Source of the DNA: Bacillota bacterium
GTDB taxonomy: Bacteria; Bacillota; Clostridia; Oscillospirales; Ethanoligenentaceae
DNA: 15,584 nt
Direction: 5' to 3'
Assembly: GCA_023391535.1 (NCBI GenBank)
Contig: JAEWAU010000077.1
Location: forward strand, 1-15,584
The position numbers and the translations under genes are program-made. The notes under the pieces are model-generated. The model was not told the DNA's origin, ran no database searches, and was given only the letters and a program-made list of their open reading frames with translations. Below, piece by piece: positions 9,125 to 14,253 of the stretch (position 1 is its first letter; every line of letters starts with the position of its first letter).

Positions 9125-9163
9125 TATGCCCGCGCGCGCACCGTTATGCCCGGGCGCGCACCG
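9125..9163. repeat. Tandem direct repeat (2 x 19 nt, 20-bp period) in the tspO/mazF divergent region. Candidate operator.
   Basis: TATGCCCGCGCGCGCACCG / TATGCCCGGGCGCGCACCG, 17/19 identical. The minus strand of the first unit ends in the TAGAAT -10-like hexamer of the putative tspO promoter (9121-9126). Confidence 0.5.
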
Positions 9164-9349
9164 AACTCGGACAAAGTGAAAAGTTGTCCCACATCACACC
9201 GGCGGCGAATATACTGAACCAGAAGCGAAAATATTTTTCCCGCTTTGCCAATACCCGACAGACATCTGTTTTGAAATATATGGATATTCAAGGGAATTTC
9301 ATGTTTAAACGGCGCATTTTTGCGGCACAATAAAAATGGTTCCGGCAAT

Positions 9350-9460
9350 CCTGCAGCATTTCCAGAAAAGATGGATGCATTCCGAAGCGATTCGCCTTTT
9401 GCCGGAGGCAAACAGACGAATCGCGGCTTCCCCCGATTTTTATGGAATTGCCGCCATGCG
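9350..9460 (+). repeat. Copy C1 (plus orientation) of the ~105-nt element. It forms the 5' leader of mazF.
   Basis: cctgcagcatttccagaaaag...ccgaagcgattcgccttttgccggagg...acagacgaatcGCGGCTTCCcccgatttttatGGAATTGCCGCc. The first 21 nt are the exact reverse complement of 10723-10743. Confidence 0.65.
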
Positions 9461-9512
9461 CTTCCGAGGCGCCGCCGGGGCCGTAGAAAATCTTACCGGA
9501 GAGTGGAGAGTC

Positions 9513-9890
9513 GTGACGGTTCACAGAGGAGAAATCTATTACGCCGATCTCAGCCCCGTTGTCGGGTCCGAGCAAGGCGGCGTGCGGCCGGTGCTGATCG
9601 TGCAGAACGACGTCGGCAACCGGTACAGTCCCACCGTGATCGCGGCGGCGATCACGAGCCAAACAGCTAAAACGCGGCTGCCCACGCACATCAACATCAA
9701 TGCCGACAGCTGCGGGCTTTCGAAAAATTCCGTGGTGCTTCTCGAACAGATTCGGACCCTCGACAAGAGGAGGCTCAAAGAGCGCATGGGCACGCTGGAT
9801 ATACCTTCCATGCAGAAGGTGGACAATGCGCTCACCATCAGTTTCGGGCTTGGCCTGAAAGGTTCCAGCCGGGGCGTGGAACATACATAA
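9513..9890 (+). CDS. mazF: MazF/PemK-family mRNA interferase (EndoA/NdoA-like endoribonuclease toxin).
   Basis: Near-identity blocks to Bacillus EndoA: [28 protein letters not shown] and [19 protein letters not shown] start 9513 follows RBS GGAGAGTGGAGAG. The in-frame upstream 59 codons (from ATG 9336) have no RBS and overlap the repeat element. Confidence 0.85.
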   Translation: MTVHRGEIYYADLSPVVGSEQGGVRPVLIVQNDVGNRYSPTVIAAAITSQTAKTRLPTHININADSCGLSKNSVVLLEQIRTLDKRRLKERMGTLDIPSMQKVDNALTISFGLGLKGSSRGVEHT

Positions 9891-9918
9891 AACTGTCCCG
9901 GAAAAGAATACCCGATTT

Positions 9919-9966
9919 TCGGCGCTGTGAAACGCAAATTCTGCGCTTTGCGGCGCCCCTTTTTTG
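9919..9966 (+). terminator. Rho-independent terminator after mazF.
   Basis: Nested stem GGCGC..CGCAAA-uucugcgc-UUUGCG..GCGCC followed by CCTTTTTT. Confidence 0.6.
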
Positions 9967-10120
9967 CCCGGGAATAACGTGCGCGCGCCGCGCGAATACT
10001 ATGAGCAGTTCCATTTCTGTTCGGGAGAAGCCGAAAAAAAACCTGCAGGAAATGCCGCCGCACAAAATCCGTTTCCTATCGGGCTTCGTACCGCTATTGT
10101 AGAAGGAAGGATGGACCGCA

Positions 10121-10306
10121 ATGCCCAATATCACCGACCGGGAGCTGGAAACGCTGCAGAATCTGCTCGGGAACGAGCAGGTGCTCGTAAAAAAGTACCG
10201 CTTTTTCGCCTCCTCCTGCACCGATCCTCAGCTCCGCGTCAAATTCCAGCAGATGGCGGCGCGCCACACGGACCATTTCAACCGCCTGCTCAGCTACCTG
10301 AACTGA
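10121..10306 (+). CDS. Small CotF-family (Coat_F domain) spore coat protein, 61 aa.
   Basis: Coat_F-like N-terminal pattern TDRELETLQNLLGNEQVLVKKY. RBS GGAAGG 10 nt upstream of the ATG. Paired with a second Coat_F gene, as in Bacillus yraD/yraF. Confidence 0.65.
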   Translation: MPNITDRELETLQNLLGNEQVLVKKYRFFASSCTDPQLRVKFQQMAARHTDHFNRLLSYLN

Positions 10307-10360
10307 ACACACCGCCGAAAGGCGCAGCGCCGAAAATGCGCGGAAAGGAAAGCCGCACCG

Positions 10361-10639
10361 ATGGATCAGAATCAGAACAGCGCCAACGTCCTGGGCGACC
10401 GGGAAATGCTGGAGGATTTTATCTCCTCCCAAAAGCACCTCACGGAAAGCTATAATGCATTCGCCAATACCTGTGCCACGCCCAATCTGCGAGACGAATA
10501 CATGAACATCCTCAAAGACGAGCACCAGATTGAGGCGGAGCTGCTCGACGAGTCGCTCAAGCGGGGCTGGATGCAGATTCAGCAGGCAGACCTGCAAAAA
10601 GCGGCGCAGCTTAAGCAGCAATATCAGAACGCTTTTTAG
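10361..10639 (+). CDS. CotF-family (Coat_F domain) spore coat protein, 92 aa.
   Basis: LGDREMLEDFISSQKHLTESYNAFANTCATPNLR is typical of Coat_F domain proteins. RBS GGAAAGGAAAG 7 nt upstream. Confidence 0.7.
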   Translation: MDQNQNSANVLGDREMLEDFISSQKHLTESYNAFANTCATPNLRDEYMNILKDEHQIEAELLDESLKRGWMQIQQADLQKAAQLKQQYQNAF

Positions 10640-10743
10640 CAATTCCGGTAAAGATTGAGAAAAGCCGTATTTTGTCTCGGTTTGGCAAAATACCCCCGAA
10701 ATATCCCGGAATGATCCGATCTTTTCTGGAAATGCTGCAGGCT
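10639..10743 (-). repeat. Copy C2 (minus orientation) of the ~105-nt element. The most divergent copy; its end overlaps the cotF stop codon.
   Basis: Reverse complement begins cctgcagcatttccagaaaag, a 21-nt exact match to C1, and ends ...ctttaccggaattgct. Confidence 0.6.
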
Positions 10744-10765
10744 GGCGGGAAACCGCCCGGCAAAC

Positions 10766-10803
10766 GGCTCCGGACCGCGCGGGCGCGTTCCGGAGCCTTT
10801 TGC
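10766..10803 (+). terminator. Rho-independent terminator for the cotF pair.
   Basis: Perfect 8-bp inverted repeat GGCTCCGG / CCGGAGCC with a 16-nt GC-rich loop, followed by TTTTGCC. Confidence 0.55.
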
Positions 10804-10810
10804 CGGTTTA

Positions 10811-10908
10811 TAGCAACTTCATAAAAAATTGAGAAAAGTTGCGTTCCGCCCCTCCGGCGGAAAGGCGGAACGCTTCGGAACCTGCCAAACTTTTCTGGAA
10901 ATGCTGTA
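10811..10908 (-). repeat. Copy C3 (minus orientation) of the ~105-nt element, in tandem with C2.
   Basis: Reverse complement: tacagcatttccagaaaag tttggcaggttccgaagcg ttccgcctttccgccggagg ...GCAACTTttctcaattttttatgAAGTTGCta. The hairpin stem covaries with C1 and C4. Confidence 0.65.
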
Positions 10909-10916
10909 AAGAGCAC

Positions 10917-10958
10917 AAAAAGCGGAGGACCTCCCATAACGGGAAGCCCTCCAGAGGT
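10917..10958 (-). terminator. Rho-independent terminator of the SASP gene (minus strand).
   Basis: Minus-strand RNA GGAGGGCUUCCC-GUUAU-GGGAGGUCCUCC forms a 12-bp stem with two G-U pairs, followed by GCUUUUUGUG. Confidence 0.7.
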
Positions 10959-10959
10959 C

Positions 10960-11127
10960 TTATTTTGGTACGTTGCGCTCCGCCATCTCAATCGCCTTTT
11001 TGACGATATTGCCGCAATCGCGGCTTGAAACGGAACCCCAGCCCTCGCGTTTGACCTGTTCGTCAACCCCGAGTTCCTTGGCTATTTCATATTTGAGCTG
11101 CTCGCTCATCATGGAATGCCTGCCCAT
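10960..11127 (-). CDS. Alpha/beta-type small acid-soluble spore protein (SASP), 55 aa.
   Basis: MGRHSMMSEQLKYEIAKELGVDEQVKREGWGSVSSRDCGNIVKKAIEMAERNVPK. The KYEIA-ELGV and GSV..R.CGNIVK blocks are hallmark SASP motifs. RBS AAGGGGG 8 nt upstream of ATG 11127. It is the C-terminal part of a spurious 608-aa ORF. Confidence 0.8.
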   Translation of the reverse strand: MGRHSMMSEQLKYEIAKELGVDEQVKREGWGSVSSRDCGNIVKKAIEMAERNVPK

Positions 11128-11466
11128 CGCTAAGACCCCCTTCATGGTGTTGCCATGATACGCTTCAAAGAGAGGCGTTTCCGGGATGCACGGATTCCGG
11201 TTCGGCGCGTTTAGCTTTCGTTTTCCCGCCATAAGCGGGAAGGACGCGAGCCCTTCGTGTCTTCCGCTTCGTCCGTGCGCTCTTATTGTGTGCGCGCCGC
11301 GCAAAGATATGCGCCTCCAAAAAACGGCTGCGGCATCCTGGCAAAAGCAAAAATATTTCTTTGTTTCCCGGTTTATTTTGAACGCGCAGCCGCCAAAGCG
11401 GCCGTATCGCGCATAAACCGCCCCGCGCGCGCATAAGATTGCACCGGCACGGTTCGCCGATCCGCC

Positions 11467-11495
11467 TTGCGAAAAAGTGCGGAATATGATACAAT
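11467..11495 (+). promoter_or_regulatory. Strong sigma-A-type promoter with extended -10 driving the dac gene.
   Basis: -35 TTGCGA (11467-11472), 17-nt spacer, TGaTACAAT extended -10 (11487-11495). Predicted TSS about 11502, just before the start of repeat copy C4. Confidence 0.65.
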
Positions 11496-11505
11496 ATAAA
11501 TAATG

Positions 11506-11618
11506 CCGTTTCCAGCATTTCTGGAAAAACCGGCATATTTCAATGCATTTCGCCGAATCGAGAGAGACAGACGGAATGCAGTTCCTCCCGATCTTTATGG
11601 AATTGCTATAGCGATGCG
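11506..11618 (+). repeat. Copy C4 (plus orientation) of the ~105-nt element. It forms the entire 5' UTR of the dac gene.
   Basis: ccgtttccagcatttctggaaaaacc...atgcatttcgccgaatcg...acagacggaatGCAGTTCCtcccgatctttatGGAATTGCtatagcgatgcg. Here the 5' motif has an inverted central tetranucleotide (CTGG versus CCAG) and folds as its own 7-bp hairpin UUUCCAG-CAUUU-CUGGAAA. Confidence 0.65.
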
Positions 11619-11661
11619 GCCCGGAAAACGGCCGGACATCCGGAAGGGGCGACAAAGCGTT

Positions 11662-12846
11662 ATGAGGCGAAAACCACCCTGCGGTAGAATGATACTTTCT
11701 GCATTGCTGGCGGTTTTTTTCTTGTTTACAGGCTCCGTCCTGCCTGGCTCCGCCGCAGCGCCCGCCGCGGCGAGTTTTGCCTCCTCCGCTCCCGATATCA
11801 CCGCCGTGAGCGCCATTGTGGCGGACGCGGGCACCGGCGCCATCTTCTACGAGAAAGACATGCACCGCGCGATGTACCCGGCGAGCATCACCAAAATTCT
11901 CACGGGGCTGCTTGCCGTGGAGCGCGGGAATACGCAGAGCGCCTTCGCGGTGACGCCCACGGCGCTTTCCGCAATGCCGTCCAACGCGGCGCGCGCGGGG
12001 CTTGTTTCCGGGGAGCAGATCACGCTCGACGAAGCGCTCTACACCATGTTTCTCGCTTCGGCCAACGATTCGGCGAACGCCATCGCCATCCAGGTCGGCG
12101 GCTCCATCCCGAATTTCGTGCAGATGATGAACGCGCGCGCCAAACAGCTCGGCGCCGTGGACAGCCATTTCGACAATCCCAGCGGGCTGCCGGATAAAAA
12201 CAACCTCACCAGCGCCTACGATATGGCGATCATCACGCGTCAGGCCCTGGAAGAGCCTTCCCTGATGAAATATTTCGGCGCGAAATCCTACGTGATGCCC
12301 GCAACGAACAAATATCCCAAAACGCGCGCGTTCACCACGCTTCAGAAGATGATGAAAGACACCGCCTACCAGTACGACGGCACCATCGCGGGCAAAACCG
12401 GGTGGGAAACGATGTCCGGCCACACGCTGGTGACGGCCGCGCAGCGAAACGGCCGCACGCTCATCTGCGTGGTGCTCAGAAGCAGCGACGGGTATTCGGT
12501 GTACCAGGATTCCATCAAGCTGCTCAATTACAGCTTCACGTTGCCCGCGTCCTACAGCGTCGGCTCGCTTCTGGCGCCGGCAGCCGCGCAGCCTTCGTCT
12601 TCGGCCCAAAGCACACGCTTCGCCTCCTCTTCCCCCGCCGTACCTTCCAAAGCGGCGGTTCATACGGGAAAAATCGCCGTCCCGCGCGATATGGGCACCA
12701 CCGCGGCTCCGATTCTGCTCCTTTTGTTCATCCTCTGCCCGTTCGTCCTTTTCCTGCTGCTGCGCCGCCCGAAGCTCGCCGCCCAACAGCCCGAGCCGCC
12801 CCGCGCGCGCATCCGGCCGCGCCGCCCGCCTGAAGGACGCCCGTAA
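11662..12846 (+). CDS. D-alanyl-D-alanine carboxypeptidase (peptidase S11; DacB/DacF-like low-molecular-weight PBP) with signal peptide and C-terminal membrane anchor.
   Basis: Active-site motifs ASITK (SxxK), SAND-like SANDSAN and KTG (AGKTGWE). N-terminal signal MRRKPPCGRMILSALLAVFFLFTG; hydrophobic C-terminus ILLLLFILCPFVLFLLL. ATG 11662 with RBS GGAAGGGG 11 nt upstream. The opposite-strand ORF 10960..12786 is spurious here. Confidence 0.85.
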   Translation: MRRKPPCGRMILSALLAVFFLFTGSVLPGSAAAPAAASFASSAPDITAVSAIVADAGTGAIFYEKDMHRAMYPASITKILTGLLAVERGNTQSAFAVTPTALSAMPSNAARAGLVSGEQITLDEALYTMFLASANDSANAIAIQVGGSIPNFVQMMNARAKQLGAVDSHFDNPSGLPDKNNLTSAYDMAIITRQALEEPSLMKYFGAKSYVMPATNKYPKTRAFTTLQKMMKDTAYQYDGTIAGKTGWETMSGHTLVTAAQRNGRTLICVVLRSSDGYSVYQDSIKLLNYSFTLPASYSVGSLLAPAAAQPSSSAQSTRFASSSPAVPSKAAVHTGKIAVPRDMGTTAAPILLLLFILCPFVLFLLLRRPKLAAQQPEPPRARIRPRRPPEGRP

Positions 12847-12860
12847 GCGAACAGCTGCAA

Positions 12861-12893
12861 AAGAGGGGGAGAGCGGATTCCCCTCTTTTTTAT
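12861..12893 (+). terminator. Rho-independent terminator after the dac gene.
   Basis: AAGAGGGG-gagagcggatt-CCCCTCTT followed by TTTTTATT. Confidence 0.75.
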
Positions 12894-12901
12894 TCCGGCT
12901 C

Positions 12902-12962
12902 TTGACAATGCCGGCGGCTTGCAGTATCCTTTAAGTACACCTATTATGTATACTTGCAAGTA
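12902..12962 (+). promoter_or_regulatory. Promoter of the Rrf2 gene with a 12-bp perfect palindrome (candidate auto-operator).
   Basis: Either TTGACA-N17-TATCCT (12902-12930) or TTGCAG-N17-TATTAT (12919-12947). The palindrome TACTTGCAAGTA (12951-12962) lies between the -10 and the RBS GGAGAG. Confidence 0.6.
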
Positions 12963-12973
12963 GGAGAGTTGCT

Positions 12974-13411
12974 ATGAAACTGACGCAGGAAGACGACTAC
13001 GCGCTGCGAGTCGTTCTGTTCCTTTACCGATACGGGCAGGACCGGCGCATCGAGGCCAAGATGATCGCCGAGCACGAGAATGTTCCGCTGCGTTTTCTGC
13101 TCAAGCTGCTGCGCAAGCTGGCCGTTGCGGGCGTAGTGAAATCCTATATGGGCTACGGCGGAGGCTACGCCGTGGAAAAGCCGCCCGAACGCGTGAACCT
13201 GCTGGAGGTGATCGAAGCCATCGAAGGCCCGCTCGCCGTAACCAAGTGCCTGGAAGACGTTTCGGGCTGCAACCTCGGGCGCGCCGGCTCGTGCGAGATT
13301 CACCGCGCGCTGGGCGGCGTGCAGCAGCGTCTGGCGGAGGATCTGCGGACCATCACCTTTCAGAATTTGCTGAAGGAGTTTCCGCCGTGCGCGCCGGACG
13401 CGCAGGTATAA
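12974..13411 (+). CDS. Rrf2-family transcriptional regulator (IscR/NsrR/CymR-like) with a three-Cys Fe-S ligand motif.
   Basis: N-terminal wHTH (YALRVVLFLY..., RFLLKLLRKLAVAGVVKSYMGYGGGY) and C-x7-C-x6-C (KCLEDVSGCNLGRAGSC). RBS GGAGAG 6 nt before the ATG. Confidence 0.85.
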   Translation: MKLTQEDDYALRVVLFLYRYGQDRRIEAKMIAEHENVPLRFLLKLLRKLAVAGVVKSYMGYGGGYAVEKPPERVNLLEVIEAIEGPLAVTKCLEDVSGCNLGRAGSCEIHRALGGVQQRLAEDLRTITFQNLLKEFPPCAPDAQV

Positions 13412-13423
13412 AAGCCGCAAACG

Positions 13424-13463
13424 CCGCAAAGCGGAACGCCATCCGCTATGCGGCGCTTTTTTT
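13424..13463 (+). terminator. Rho-independent terminator after the Rrf2 gene.
   Basis: GCCGCAAAGCGGA-acgcca-TCCGCTATGCGGC (one central mismatch) followed by GCTTTTTTT. Confidence 0.7.
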
Positions 13464-13499
13464 GCGCGTGATTTGATATGATTTAATTGGAATTTCGGT

Positions 13500-14009
13500 T
13501 CAACCGTCCTTATGCCGCACCATGAGGTAGATATAAAAGCCGATCGAGCCGAACATCACCAAAAGCGTTACCGGCAAAAACCATCCGCCGAGGCCGATAC
13601 GCGCGTTTCGCGCGACTTCCACGGTCTGGAACTGGATGTAGCTGAAGATCAGCACCACCACCGTTTTGAGTACGACGATCAGTTCGCGCCCGAGCCGGTA
13701 GAGCACGGCCGCGTTTTTTTCGTTGATTTCCACGGGGAAATTGAAGATTTTAGGAAAGCGTTCGAGCAGCGTGAGCCCGGCCGCCATAACGGCCATCAGA
13801 ATGGGCATCAGGAGCAGCGAGCCTTTTCCGCCCCAGGCATCCGCCGCGCCGGAAGCGCCGAAATGCGTAGGGATGCGCACGGGCAGGCTGCCCCACACCG
13901 CCGCGAGCACGGCCAAGTTGGCAAGCACCAGCACGGCGCACAGAGGCTGGAGTATCTTTTCGAGCAGCGACCATTCGGGGTTGCGATCGGGCCTGCCGGT
14001 TTCAGGCAT
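13500..14009 (-). CDS. DUF1648-domain membrane protein (SdpI/YfhL-like N-terminal domain family), about 169 aa.
   Basis: RIPTHFGASGAADAWGGKGS matches the DUF1648 signature (IPxHxNxxGxxDGxGSK), and four TM segments are predicted. Start chosen at MPETG (14009); the ORF track extends to 14261 across the yaaH promoter repeats, which is unlikely to be real. Confidence 0.6.
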   Translation of the reverse strand: MPETGRPDRNPEWSLLEKILQPLCAVLVLANLAVLAAVWGSLPVRIPTHFGASGAADAWGGKGSLLLMPILMAVMAAGLTLLERFPKIFNFPVEINEKNAAVLYRLGRELIVVLKTVVVLIFSYIQFQTVEVARNARIGLGGWFLPVTLLVMFGSIGFYIYLMVRHKDG

Positions 14010-14164
14010 AGGAAAAACCGTCCTTTCCAATTCCGCCGCATGGGAAACGCACGGATACATACGGTGCAAGCGGAAAACAGGAAAAGTATAGCACACGGGC
14101 GGGCAAACGGCAAGCGGCTGTGCCCTGCGGCCGCGGGGCGCTTTTTCCGCCGCCGCATATACTG

Positions 14165-14213
14165 ATACCGTGAACGTTACGCATACCGTGAACGACAATG
14201 CGTACCGTGAACG
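14165..14213 (+). repeat. Three tandem direct repeats of (A/G)TACCGTGAACG (period 18-19 bp), plus an overlapping palindrome, upstream of the yaaH-like gene.
   Basis: ATACCGTGAACG at 14165-14176 and 14183-14194; GTACCGTGAACG at 14202-14213; degenerate fourth unit TCAACG follows. GCGTACCG-TGAA-CGGTACGC palindrome at 14200-14219. A sigE/sigK-like CATACCGT lies inside unit 2. Confidence 0.6.
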
Positions 14214-14253
14214 GTACGCCGTCAACGCAGGACCGAAAAGGACAGTGATCGGT

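Noticed and set aside
9336-9512. In-frame N-terminal extension of mazF (59 codons from ATG 9336)
   Set aside because: No RBS. It overlaps the structured repeat element. The GTG at 9513 has a strong RBS and gives a protein collinear with EndoA. It shows no RHH/AbrB antitoxin fold features.
9964-10455. 163-aa plus ORF overlapping both cotF genes in another frame
   Set aside because: Arg/Pro/Gly-rich with no features. The two Coat_F frames have family-typical motifs and good RBSs.
11128-12786. N-terminal ~550 aa of the 608-aa minus ORF 10960..12786
   Set aside because: Antisense to the dac gene. Only the C-terminal 55 aa (SASP) are real and they have their own RBS and ATG.
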